NCBI GenBank assembly: GCA_038897215.1
Contig: JAWAWX010000001.1
Span: 192,001 to 256,000 of the forward strand
Direction: 5' to 3'
DNA: 64,000 bases
DNA from: Acidilobaceae archaeon
GTDB taxonomy: Archaea; Thermoproteota; Thermoprotei_A; Sulfolobales; Acidilobaceae
The notes below the pieces were generated by a model, which was given only the letters and a program-made list of their open reading frames with translations, made no database searches and was not told the DNA's origin. This document shows, one piece after another, positions 48,473-58,050 of the stretch (its first letter is position 1; each line of letters starts with the position of its first letter). The translations under genes and the position numbers were made by a program.

Positions 48473-48539
48473 CCGGTTATCTTACCGCTAGCCGGCTCTC
48501 GCAGGATATAAATCTTGATATTATGCGACCCGATACTCG

Positions 48540-50096
48540 GTGTATCGAGTGGAGGGTCTCGCGACACTATTCAAGAAAGCTGAGGAGAGTGAGGCCATAG
48601 CCTCTGAGGAGATGTCGGTGATAGAGGCTAACAGCGCCTGGTGGGGGGTTTCTCAGGAGCTTCTTATGGAGAACGCGGGGAGAGCTCTCGCGGACTTTGT
48701 CAGCGCCATCCTGAGAGCTCCGAGAGACGCTAGGATAGCTGTGGTAGCCGGGAGAGGAGGCAATGGGGGCGACGGGCTTGTCGCTGCTAGATTCCTCGCT
48801 GCTAGAGGAGCAAGAGTAGAGATCCACTTGACTCACGAGCCGTCACTAGTCGAGCATAGAGCTGCTCGGAGAGCACTAGACTACGCTATCAAGTCTAGAA
48901 GCGTCAAGGTTAAGAAGCCCTGGTCTGAAGGCTGGCTCGACTTATCGAGTGCTGACCTAGTCATAGACGCTGTTCTGGGAACAGGGCTCAGAGGAGAGCC
49001 CCGGGGGACCGTTAGAGACGCCATAGTAGCAATCAACTCCTCTAGAGCGGTCAAGGTCGCAGCCGACATCCCTTCAGGTCTCGACCCAGACACTGGCAGA
49101 GCAGTGCTAGCAGTTAGAGCAGACTACACTCTAAGCTTCCACAAGCCCAAGAGGGGGCTCTTCTTGAACGAGGGGCCCAGGCACGCTGGAGAAGTCTACG
49201 TGGCGGACATCGGAGTACCAGCTGAGGCAGAGGAATACGCTGGACCCGGGGACCTGCTGAGAGTCCCTGAGAGGCCGAGAGACGCCAGGAAGGGCGACGG
49301 GGGGAGGGTCCTAGTAGTGGGGGGCTCAGAGAGATTCGTGGGAGCCCCCGTGCTAGCAGCTAAGGCAGCCTACCTAGCTGGAGCAGACCTCGTCTACGCC
49401 TACCTGCCTAGAGAGTACGCTTACACAGTGGCTTCATGCCACCCCGAGGTGATCCCCGTTCCTAGAGAGAGCCCCGGGGGGCTCGAGGAGGCTCTAGAGA
49501 GAGCTCACGCTGTGGTCCTAGGGCCGGGGCTCGGGCTGAGCGATGAGTCCAGGAGGATCGTGAAGACAGTCATCGAGAGATACAGAGGCAGGCCTCTCGT
49601 CGTGGACGCTGACGCGTTGAAGATAATAGCCGAGGAGGGGGCAGAGCTCTGGAGCCACGCCGTGATGACCCCCCACAGAGGGGAGGCGCTCGCTCTCTCG
49701 AAGAAACCCGAGGCGAGCCTGGTAGAGCAGGCTAGAGTCATAGCGGCCAGGTACGGGGCTACTGTCATAGTGAAGGCCCCGGAGGACGTTGTGTGCGAGC
49801 CCCGTGGGAGGTGTAGGAGGAACCTCACGGGCCACCAGGCCATGGCTGTAGGCGGCACTGGCGACATCCTCGCCGGGATCATCGGAGGATTTCTGGCTAG
49901 GCGGGCGGCTCTATCGACTATATCGAGCCCCCTGGACCTCGTGGCGGCAGCAGCTTACGTGACCGGGAGAGCTGGAGAGCTCGCTGTAGAGGAGAAGGGG
50001 GAGAACCTGACTCCTCAAGACGTGCTGTCGAAGATCCCTGTGGCGATGGCGGAGGCCAGGAGGTACTCTGAGACCCGGGAGGTCGCGCGGGCTTGA
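48540..50096 (+). CDS. nnr: Bifunctional NAD(P)HX epimerase/dehydratase
   Basis: LMENAG, G.GGNGGDG, DA..GTG, D.PSG; GGS..F.GAP, VDADA, TPH.GE, GGTGD.L.G. Confidence 0.93.
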   Translation: MYRVEGLATLFKKAEESEAIASEEMSVIEANSAWWGVSQELLMENAGRALADFVSAILRAPRDARIAVVAGRGGNGGDGLVAARFLAARGARVEIHLTHEPSLVEHRAARRALDYAIKSRSVKVKKPWSEGWLDLSSADLVIDAVLGTGLRGEPRGTVRDAIVAINSSRAVKVAADIPSGLDPDTGRAVLAVRADYTLSFHKPKRGLFLNEGPRHAGEVYVADIGVPAEAEEYAGPGDLLRVPERPRDARKGDGGRVLVVGGSERFVGAPVLAAKAAYLAGADLVYAYLPREYAYTVASCHPEVIPVPRESPGGLEEALERAHAVVLGPGLGLSDESRRIVKTVIERYRGRPLVVDADALKIIAEEGAELWSHAVMTPHRGEALALSKKPEASLVEQARVIAARYGATVIVKAPEDVVCEPRGRCRRNLTGHQAMAVGGTGDILAGIIGGFLARRAALSTISSPLDLVAAAAYVTGRAGELAVEEKGENLTPQDVLSKIPVAMAEARRYSETREVARA

Positions 50097-50632
50097 GCGA
50101 TGCCGTGGAGCGCTCTCGCTCGCTAGCGGTCAGAGAGAGGTACGAGGTAGCGTGCGATAGCTACGACGAACTCTACAAAGAGGAGCAAGCGGAGAAGTAC
50201 TACGTGGCTCTGAAGTACAGCAAGCCAGAGGGGGTTGTGCTCGACGCGGGCTGCGGCACCGGGCTCTTGGCCGAGTACCTGGAGAGCGTCGGGGCCTCCG
50301 GCAGGATCGCTCTCTACATATGCCTGGACTACAGCTCTTGCATGATCAGAGAAGCCAGGAGGAGGCTCGAGACCCTCGGGCTCCACTACGCTCTACTAGA
50401 GGCTTCTCTCGAGAGCCTACCGCTAGCCTCGGGGTCAGTCGACACGGTCTACTCTATCACAGTCCTCAACCTGCTAGACGACCCCGTAGAGGGCCTCAGA
50501 GAGCTGAGGAGAGTATCGAGAGGGCCCGTTCTAGTCACTGTGCTCAGAGAGTCCGGGGCCACGGGGCCCCTCCTAGAGGAGGGCTGCAGGCTGCTGGAGT
50601 CGACTAGCAAGGATGACGTGCTCGCGTGCTAG
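50093..50632 (+). CDS. Class I SAM-dependent methyltransferase
   Basis: YDELY.EEQ.EKY, VLDAGCGTG. Confidence 0.85.
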   Translation: MSDAVERSRSLAVRERYEVACDSYDELYKEEQAEKYYVALKYSKPEGVVLDAGCGTGLLAEYLESVGASGRIALYICLDYSSCMIREARRRLETLGLHYALLEASLESLPLASGSVDTVYSITVLNLLDDPVEGLRELRRVSRGPVLVTVLRESGATGPLLEEGCRLLESTSKDDVLAC

Positions 50633-50690
50633 AGATCGCTGGGGCGATTCTCATCACTCGTCAGCCGATGGCGTACCGCTCACGAGCTCC
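50632..50690 (-). ncRNA. Box C/D sRNA candidate with variant boxes
   Basis: GUGAGCG-GUACGCCAUCGG-CUGA-CGA-GUGAUGA-GAAUCGCCCCA-GCGA; terminal stem is weak. Confidence 0.65.
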
Positions 50691-51027
50691 ACGCTACCCA
50701 CTCTTCTGGAAGAGGTAAAGACTCTACCGGCCACCCCTCGAGAGCTGAGACGAAGGGGAAACCTTGCCCGGCTCCTCTGGCGGTTCTTGCAGCAGAGCTC
50801 TATCCAGGTCTCCCTCCTCTACCTCAGGCACGTTCTTCTTAACAGTCTCCGCTGCTTCGGCTTTGCTCCCAGCTTTACAGACGGCAACTAATCCCTTGAA
50901 GCCGGGAGGAGACGCTGTAACCTCAGCTCCCTGAAGTGTCTCCGTGGCTACGACGCGTGTGCTCTCATAGAGACGACCGCGTGGTTCTCTAACCTTGAGA
51001 GAGTGCCGTAATCTAGCTTGATTCGCG

Positions 51028-51522
51028 CTAGTCTTCAACTGGGGTGTTCTCGAGCATCTCAATGTAATATCTCGGGAAGGAGTATCTCCTAGCTGCCTCG
51101 ATTAACAAGTTTAAATAGTATCTGCTCGGAGGCACGTGCTCTCTTCGCTGGAGTTCTTCAGAGACCATGAAGGTCTTCGCTTTGACCGCCCTGCCTTCAC
51201 TACGAGTGACGACTGTGACCTCTATCTCCTTATACACTCTACAGCAGCCTTCTTTCTCCTTGATCTTCTCGTAGTCACTGGGTGAAAGCCTCATCAGGAG
51301 ACCCCAGACTTCTCCTCCCTTATGTGGGATTATGTTAGCGACTCCGCACCCCCTGCTTTCAGATTTATAGTTGAAGACTAGCTTGAAGTCTCTGAGCACG
51401 GCTACCTCGACTTCTAGAGGCTTGATGGGGGGGTAGCCGTGTCTCTTACACCATTTACTGAGGTCTTCTTCGCTCATATTAGAGCCGTAGGCGAAATAGT
51501 CGACGTAATCCCGACCCTGCAT
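51028..51522 (-). CDS. Gamma-glutamylcyclotransferase-family protein
   Basis: YFAYGSNM, L.F, ANI, VWG, EG, PS.YY. Confidence 0.88.
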   Translation of the reverse strand: MQGRDYVDYFAYGSNMSEEDLSKWCKRHGYPPIKPLEVEVAVLRDFKLVFNYKSESRGCGVANIIPHKGGEVWGLLMRLSPSDYEKIKEKEGCCRVYKEIEVTVVTRSEGRAVKAKTFMVSEELQRREHVPPSRYYLNLLIEAARRYSFPRYYIEMLENTPVED

Positions 51523-51684
51523 TTCAACCCCCCGCTCTGCTCGCTTTCACAGCGCTCTCTTAGCTTCTCGAAGCGCTATTAAGTTAATGATGCAACAGTA
51601 GAAGTCTTCGACATCTAGAGGCTAGAGGTATTTAAATGCGGCTCGGCTGGTAACTGTGTCTCAGCTGTCCTCGGTGAGAGCCTC

Positions 51685-52353
51685 TTGAGCGAGAGCGCCA
51701 GCGGGGCTCTCGAGAAGCGGGGCGGCGGGAGGCCTGGCTGGAGGCGGAGAGCGGGGAGAGTAGTCTACCTGGGGAGGCACTTGATGCTAAAGGGGGTCTT
51801 CGCAGACCTGCTCCTAGAAGGCAGGAAGAAGACCACGATCAGGCTGGGCAGAGTGGTCCCGAAGTACAGAGAGGTGATAGTGCACGGGCACGGGAGGCCT
51901 CTCGCTAAAGCCGAGATCGCGAGCGTCAAGTACAAGAGAGTAGGGGAGCTCACCGAGGAGGATGCTTTGAGAGATGGCTTCAGCTCTCTCGGAGCTCTTC
52001 TCAGAGCTCTCAGAGAAGCCTATCCATCGGAGAGAGTAAGCGATGACGACATAGTGACCATAATAGAGTTGAGGGTAATCCAGAAGCTGAGCGAGCTCGA
52101 CTACAAGCACCCATACTACGGCCTAAACCCTGTAGATGTAGCTAGGATAGCCTTAAGGTATCTCAGAGAAGAGCTAAGCGAAGAAGACCTGAGAGTGCTC
52201 GAGGTAATAGCTCAAGAAGGGAGCTTGAGGAGAGCAGCGATGAGACTACACGGGAGCATCGAGGCTAGAAGAGCCATAAGGCCTCTCCTAAGGAGGCTAG
52301 CGAAGCTCCTAGAGAGCAGGGGGGTCATCGGGGAGAGAGCGGCGGAGAGCTGA
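51685..52353 (+). CDS. ASCH-domain protein with C-terminal helical/HTH domain
   Basis: G.K.TTIR, ELTEEDA.RDGF, L...YP. Confidence 0.85.
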   Translation: MSESASGALEKRGGGRPGWRRRAGRVVYLGRHLMLKGVFADLLLEGRKKTTIRLGRVVPKYREVIVHGHGRPLAKAEIASVKYKRVGELTEEDALRDGFSSLGALLRALREAYPSERVSDDDIVTIIELRVIQKLSELDYKHPYYGLNPVDVARIALRYLREELSEEDLRVLEVIAQEGSLRRAAMRLHGSIEARRAIRPLLRRLAKLLESRGVIGERAAES

Positions 52354-52402
52354 GCTATCCCCCCTTTAAGAGCGAGAGATAGGAGGAAGGGAGGGCGTAG
52401 CT

Positions 52403-52702
52403 TTGAGTACATTGCGCCACGAGGTGAGAGAGTACGGGCTCTGCCCAAACTGCTCGACGCCAGCCGAGTACAGGTACGCGCTGAGCGGCCCCGAGGGGGG
52501 AGGCGTCAGAGTCCAGTACTCGGTCTCCTGCGAGATCTGCGGTTTCAGCGAGCAGAAAGTCATGGTCTTCCCCCTAGACGCTCTCTACTCTATCAGGATG
52601 CTACTAGAGCCCTCTACGAGAGTCTTCGTGGAGAAGGTCAAGATAGCGAGCGAGATTAAGGCTAGAGTCCGCTCAGCTGGAGCACAGGGCTCTGAGTCTT
52701 GA
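52403..52702 (+). CDS. Small zinc-finger protein
   Basis: CPNC...CEIC. Confidence 0.7.
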   Translation: MSTLRHEVREYGLCPNCSTPAEYRYALSGPEGGGVRVQYSVSCEICGFSEQKVMVFPLDALYSIRMLLEPSTRVFVEKVKIASEIKARVRSAGAQGSES

Positions 52703-52848
52703 CGGGCTGGAGGCTCAAGTGTACTGTCTGCTCAAGAGAGTGGACTCTAGAGGTGAGCTACGACCTCTCAGACTTCAAGAAGATATACCTCTACTGTAGC
52801 GAGTGCAAGAAGAACACGATGCACGAAGTCCTAGGCAGAGAGAGCTAG
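52699..52848 (+). CDS. Small zinc-ribbon protein (49 aa)
   Basis: Below the track cutoff; TTGA overlap; MTGWRLKCTVC...YLYCSECKKNTMHEVLG. Confidence 0.75.
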   Translation: MTGWRLKCTVCSREWTLEVSYDLSDFKKIYLYCSECKKNTMHEVLGRES

Positions 52849-52946
52849 AGAAGCCCTCCGGGGAGCCGACGAGCAGTTCCGGAGAGCTCCCCCCTAGCTT
52901 CTATTAAGGCTTCTCTGAGAGTAGTGTGATAAGGGGGGAGTAGAGC

Positions 52947-53906
52947 GTGGGAGAGTCTAGGAGAGTGGTGAGAGACCTCACAGACCTCCCTGGAGTAGGC
53001 CCGGCTACAGCTCAGAAGCTGATCGAGGCGGGCTACGCTACGATCGAGGCTATCGCTGTAGCTACCCCCCACGAGATCTCGCTAGCCGCGAACATCCCTC
53101 TAGCCACGGCTCAGAAGATAGTAGAGGAGGCTAGGAAGGCTCTAGATATAACGGTGAAGACGGCTCTAGACCTTAAGAGGGAGAGAATGGGGGCTAAGAA
53201 GATAACGACGGGGAGCAGGAATCTCGATGAGCTCTTGGGAGGAGGCGTTGAGACGAGGACTATAACCGAGTTCTACGGAGAGTACGGCTCCGGGAAGACT
53301 CAGATATGCCACCAGCTCGCGGTCAACGTGCAGCTACCCGAGGACAGAGGAGGGCTCTCCGCTAGAGCCATCTACATAGACACGGAGGGGACGTTCAGAT
53401 GGGAGAGGATAGAGCAGATGGCTAGAGCGGTAGGCCTAGACCCTGATAGAGCGATGGAGAACATCCTGTGGATAAGAGCGATCAACAGCCACCACCAGAT
53501 GGCGGTAGTCGAGAAGCTATACGAGATAATCCCCAAGAACGGAGTCAGGCTAGTAGTCTTAGACTCTCTAACGGGCCACTTCAGAGCAGAGTACCCAGGC
53601 CGAGAGAACCTAGCTCTAAGACAGCAGCTACTAAACAAGCACCTACACCAGCTCATGAGGCTAGCTGAGGTCTTCGATGTAGCAGTCGTTGTAACCAATC
53701 AGGTGATGGCGAGACCAGACATATTCTTCGGAGACCCCACAGCAGCCGTGGGAGGCCACGTGGTCGCTCACGCTCCAGGGATCAGAGTCTACTTGAAGAA
53801 GAGTAAGGGCAACAGGAGGATCGCTCGAGTAGTCGATGCTCCACACCTGCCGGAAGCGGAGACCACGTTCGCTATAACAGAGTACGGGATAAGAGACGCC
53901 GACTAG
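52947..53906 (+). CDS. radA: DNA repair and recombination protein RadA
   Basis: N-terminal Hh[37 protein letters not shown]. Confidence 0.97.
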   Translation: MGESRRVVRDLTDLPGVGPATAQKLIEAGYATIEAIAVATPHEISLAANIPLATAQKIVEEARKALDITVKTALDLKRERMGAKKITTGSRNLDELLGGGVETRTITEFYGEYGSGKTQICHQLAVNVQLPEDRGGLSARAIYIDTEGTFRWERIEQMARAVGLDPDRAMENILWIRAINSHHQMAVVEKLYEIIPKNGVRLVVLDSLTGHFRAEYPGRENLALRQQLLNKHLHQLMRLAEVFDVAVVVTNQVMARPDIFFGDPTAAVGGHVVAHAPGIRVYLKKSKGNRRIARVVDAPHLPEAETTFAITEYGIRDAD

Positions 53907-53988
53907 ACAGGCTTCAGGGAGCTCTCCAAGCTGGTCTCGAGCCCCGAAACGTAGATAGCCTCTCTTAGCCTAGACTGATTCCTCTACG

Positions 53989-55470
53989 GTGTTCGCTATT
54001 GTTCTGGTAGTAAGCGAGGGAGAGTACAGAGTACTAAAGCTGATGGCTGAGAGAGGGTTCAGCGAGGGGAGTCTGGAGGAGGCCTCGAGAATCCTAGGTC
54101 TCGACGTCTCGAGCTTAGCGAGCTACGTTATGCTACTGAGAGAGAGGGGATTGCTTGAGGTCTACGATGTCGAGAGAGAGGTCTACGAAGTAACGGAGAG
54201 AGGAGAGGAGGCTCTTAGAGAAGGGCTCCCCGAGAGGAGGCTCGTCGAGCTCCTTGCTTTCTCGAGCGGAGTAGCGGACATGAGTAGAGTAGCGGCAACT
54301 CTAGGCAGGCTAGCTGGGGTAGCAGTGGGCAAGGCTAGAGAGAAGGGCTTAGTCATAGTAGACCGCAACGTAGTCAAGCTAGCGGTCAGCCCGGAGGAGG
54401 CTGTGGAGTCAGTAGAGGCTCTAGAGAGAGCTCTCGCAGAAGTGGCTAGAGGGCGGTATAGCGAGGTTAGAGGAGAGCTCCTCGAAGAGCTATCTAGGAG
54501 AGGCTTGGTTAAGAAGAGTGTGGAGACTAGGCGGTACATTAGGCTGAAGAGAGACCCCAGGCTGGTCCTCGAAGAGGCTAGAGTAGAGGTAGCTAAGCTA
54601 ACGCACGACTTGGTAAAGACGGGAGCGTGGAGAAGCTGTGCTCTCAAGAGCTACGATGTGAGAGCAGAGCCTTACTCAGTGCTCCCCGCTAGGCCACACT
54701 TCCTCCAGGAGTTCATAGAGATGCTTAGAGACGTCATGGTAGAGCTAGGCTTTAGAGAAGTGAGGGGGCCTCTCGTCGAGGTAGAGCTATTCAACTTCGA
54801 CCTCCTATTCCAGGCTCAAGACCATCCAGCTAGAGAGATCCACGACTCTCTCTGGCTCGACGCGGAGCCTCTGGACGTCGAGGAGGCCTACGGGAGAGAG
54901 CTAGTGTCGAGAGTAGCAAGAGTCCACGAGGAGGGCTGGGGCTACAGGTGGAGTAAGAGCATAGCCTCGAGGGTCATGCTGAGAAGCCAGACCACATCGG
55001 TATCCGTTAGAGTCCTAGCGCTCCTCAAGCCGAAGCCCCCCATCAGGTTCTTCACGCTAGGCAGAGTCTTCAGGCACGACGCGGTAGACGCTACGCACCT
55101 ACCGGAGTTCCACCAGCTAGATGGGATCGAGGGGTGGCATGGCTACACGTTCAGAGACCTGCTATTGACGCTCAAGGAGGTGTTCGAGAGACTAGGGCTC
55201 GAGGTCAAGTTCAAGCCTGCGTACTTCCCCTTCACGGAGCCAAGCGTGGAGGGCTACGTGAAGCTACCGAGCGGCAGGTGGCTAGAGCTATTCGGAGCCG
55301 GCCTCTTCAGACCCGAGGTTCTAGAGATGGCTGGAGTCGACTACCCGGTTGGAGCCTGGGGCTTCGGCATAGAGCGCTTGGCAGCAGCCTTCTACGGGCT
55401 CTCCGACATAAGGATGCTCTACACTAGCGACACCGGCTTCGTGAAGAGCTTCCCGGCTAGGTGGCGGTAG
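53989..55470 (+). CDS. pheS: Phenylalanine--tRNA ligase alpha subunit
   Basis: QDHPARE.HD, R.FR...DATH..EFHQ, YFPFTEPS, WGFGIERL. Confidence 0.96.
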   Translation: MFAIVLVVSEGEYRVLKLMAERGFSEGSLEEASRILGLDVSSLASYVMLLRERGLLEVYDVEREVYEVTERGEEALREGLPERRLVELLAFSSGVADMSRVAATLGRLAGVAVGKAREKGLVIVDRNVVKLAVSPEEAVESVEALERALAEVARGRYSEVRGELLEELSRRGLVKKSVETRRYIRLKRDPRLVLEEARVEVAKLTHDLVKTGAWRSCALKSYDVRAEPYSVLPARPHFLQEFIEMLRDVMVELGFREVRGPLVEVELFNFDLLFQAQDHPAREIHDSLWLDAEPLDVEEAYGRELVSRVARVHEEGWGYRWSKSIASRVMLRSQTTSVSVRVLALLKPKPPIRFFTLGRVFRHDAVDATHLPEFHQLDGIEGWHGYTFRDLLLTLKEVFERLGLEVKFKPAYFPFTEPSVEGYVKLPSGRWLELFGAGLFRPEVLEMAGVDYPVGAWGFGIERLAAAFYGLSDIRMLYTSDTGFVKSFPARWR

Positions 55471-57129
55471 ATGCCGGTAGTCAGAGTCAAGAGGTGGAGG
55501 CTTGAGGAGCTCACTGGCTTCGCTCCCAGAGAGCTCGAGGAGCTACTATTCAGGCTGAAGTGCGAGCTGGAGGTTAGAGAAGACTACGCCTACATCGAGG
55601 TAAACAGCGATAGACCCGACATGCTGATAGGAGAAGGCATAGCTAGAGCAGTGAAGGGGCTCTTGGGAGAGAGGAGAGGCTGGAGGCTGCCGGAGACAGC
55701 TCGCTCGAGAGTCTCTCTCAGAGCGAGCAGCGTCCCCTCCAGGCCCTACGTTGCCTGCGCTGTGATCAAGAACGTCGACATCGACTCAGAGGACTTCCTC
55801 GAGGAGCTCATACAGTTCCAGGAGAAGCTCCACGACGGGCTCGGCAGGAGGAGGAGGAAGGCGGCCATAGGGCTTCACGACTTGAGCAAGCTACCCTCGG
55901 AGAGCGTAGAGTACACTCTAGTAAGCCTCGGCAGCAGATTCAAGCCCCTCGGGGGTAGCGGGGAGCTCACCGTAGAAGAGGTCTTGGAGAGCACGGAGAA
56001 GGGTAGAGCGTACGGGGGCATAGCTCTCTACGGCGGAGCACACCCGGCTCTCGTATCCGGAGGGGAGATCATAGCGATACCCCCGGTGCTCAACTCAGAG
56101 GTCACTAGAGTAGAGGTTGGGACTAGGCACCTCTTCGTGGACGTGACGGGCACAGACGAGAGGCTAGTCGAGACCATACTAGACATCATAGCATCCACGC
56201 TCTCGGAGAGACGGGGAGCAGTAGTGGAGCTAGTTGAGGTCAAGAGGGGAGAGTCGAGTAGAGTCTACCCCGTCTTCCGCTCCAAGAGGCTGACTGTTGC
56301 CTCGAGCTTCTTCACTCAAACGCTAGGAGTAGAGCTCAGCCCCGGGGAGGTGGTGGACGGCTTGGAGAGAATGCTCCACAATGCTAGCGCCAGCGGGGAG
56401 GAGGTCGTAGTAGACGTGGCTCCATTCAGAGTAGACGTGCTAAAGCCCGTGGACCTCGCTGAAGACCTGGCTATATCTCTGGGCTACGATAGGATCGCTG
56501 AGGGCTCGAGAAGCCATAGAGTCTACACGGTGGGCTCTCTCCTCGAGGAGACGAGGCTAGCTAGGAGGGTCAGAGAGCTCATGGTCGGCTACGGCTTCGT
56601 AGAAGTCTCTAGGCTGATGCTGACAAGCCCTCGGCTTCTCGAAGCCCTGAAGGTAGCTGAGGTAGCTCTCAGAGTAAGCAACCCCGTCCAGCTAGAGTAC
56701 AGCGTCCTGAGGCCAACGCTGGCAGCGAGCTTGCTCGACGTCTTGAGAGAAGAGCAGCATAAAGAGAAGCCGCTGAAGCTCTTCGAGCTAGGCCCCGTAG
56801 CCTCGAGGCTGAAGCGCCCCGCTGAGGAAGACATCAGGCTAGGAGCAGCTATACTCGACTACTCCGTAGGCTACGAGGACATCCAGGCAGTAGTCTACTC
56901 TCTCCTAAGACTCCTAGGCGTGAGCTTCACAACAGAGCCCTCCAGGATACCATTCCTGATAGAGGGGAGGCAAGCGCTCCTCCGAGCAGGAGGCACAGCA
57001 ATAGGGTGGCTGGGCGAAGTGCGCCCAGACATCCTAGAAGCGACGGGAATAGAGTACCCCACAGCTATAGCGGAGATATCGCTAGACGCTCTACTCGAGA
57101 CTCTGAGGAGAGCACTCAGCACTCCATAG
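55471..57129 (+). CDS. pheT: Phenylalanine--tRNA ligase beta subunit
   Basis: DRPD, QEKLH...GR.R, PP.LNS, R.DV....D..ED, FE.G. Confidence 0.95.
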   Translation: MPVVRVKRWRLEELTGFAPRELEELLFRLKCELEVREDYAYIEVNSDRPDMLIGEGIARAVKGLLGERRGWRLPETARSRVSLRASSVPSRPYVACAVIKNVDIDSEDFLEELIQFQEKLHDGLGRRRRKAAIGLHDLSKLPSESVEYTLVSLGSRFKPLGGSGELTVEEVLESTEKGRAYGGIALYGGAHPALVSGGEIIAIPPVLNSEVTRVEVGTRHLFVDVTGTDERLVETILDIIASTLSERRGAVVELVEVKRGESSRVYPVFRSKRLTVASSFFTQTLGVELSPGEVVDGLERMLHNASASGEEVVVDVAPFRVDVLKPVDLAEDLAISLGYDRIAEGSRSHRVYTVGSLLEETRLARRVRELMVGYGFVEVSRLMLTSPRLLEALKVAEVALRVSNPVQLEYSVLRPTLAASLLDVLREEQHKEKPLKLFELGPVASRLKRPAEEDIRLGAAILDYSVGYEDIQAVVYSLLRLLGVSFTTEPSRIPFLIEGRQALLRAGGTAIGWLGEVRPDILEATGIEYPTAIAEISLDALLETLRRALSTP

Positions 57130-57246
57130 CTCCTCAGCGCTCCTAGAGCCGGCCTCGAGACCAGGGCCTTCTCGCATTGCTCTGGAGAGCTTAGCGTTTA
57201 TAGCCCTAGCTCGGCTTCGCTGTGACTTGGAGGACTAGGGTAGCGT

Positions 57247-57987
57247 ATGGCTAAGGAGTCTGGCGACGAGTCTAGGCATAGCGAGGCTAGGAGGGAGGCT
57301 GTGAGGGTCCTCCAGATCCTCTCGAGGTTCTACAGCTATAGGGTTCTTGAGCGCATATACGGGATCCACTTCCAGAACCTCTGGAGGTACGCGAGCCTCC
57401 TCAGCGTCCCCGAGAGGGAGACTGCTGAGAGGATACTCGAGAAGACGAGAGAGCTGGGGCTACTGGAGAGAGCTCTCAGAGAGAGAGCAGCAGGGTCTCT
57501 GGCCAACGGGGGGCTTCACGTGCTCGCTAGAGACACGGGCTTCCTCCAGCTAGCCTCGTATCTCGTGTCTAGGAGGCTGAGAGAAGAGAGGGAGGAGCGC
57601 GTAGACTCAGTGATAGCTGTGTCGCACGAGGCTCTCACTCTAGCGACAGCACTGGCTCTCGAGCTAGAAGCGGAGGTCTGCGTAGCGTCTGAGAGAGCTA
57701 GAGCAGAGCCTAGGGGCGTTCTGCTAGCTCACTTCAGGTCCAGGTTTAGCGGTGAGGTCTTCTCCCTAATGGTCCCCAAGCAGTGTCTCGATAGCGGAGA
57801 CTCGGTGGTGCTCGTTGACGTGGAGCTGAGAGAGGCTGATAGAGTGTCGGCGCTCGCTTCTCTAGCGAGGAAAGCGGGAGCTAGAGTAGAGGCTATCGTA
57901 GTCCTTAGAGCGAGCAGAGAAGCGCTAGCCGAGGTGGAGAGAGATCTCGAGAAATCCAGAGTGATAGAGGTCCTCCCCGAATTATAG
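57247..57987 (+). CDS. HTH plus degenerate phosphoribosyltransferase-domain protein (putative regulator)
   Basis: YSYR.L...YGI....L.RY helix-turn-helix; PRT-like VVLVD followed by VELREAD instead of DD...GG. Confidence 0.65.
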   Translation: MAKESGDESRHSEARREAVRVLQILSRFYSYRVLERIYGIHFQNLWRYASLLSVPERETAERILEKTRELGLLERALRERAAGSLANGGLHVLARDTGFLQLASYLVSRRLREEREERVDSVIAVSHEALTLATALALELEAEVCVASERARAEPRGVLLAHFRSRFSGEVFSLMVPKQCLDSGDSVVLVDVELREADRVSALASLARKAGARVEAIVVLRASREALAEVERDLEKSRVIEVLPEL

Positions 57988-58050
57988 CCGAGAGCAGTCA
58001 GGCAATACCTATTAGCTTCAACCTCCAAGACGAGCTAGGGGCTAGAAGGC

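Noticed and set aside
22206-53906. Inteins in Lhr, CDC48, RtcB or RadA
   Set aside because: All have normal lengths and contiguous motifs.
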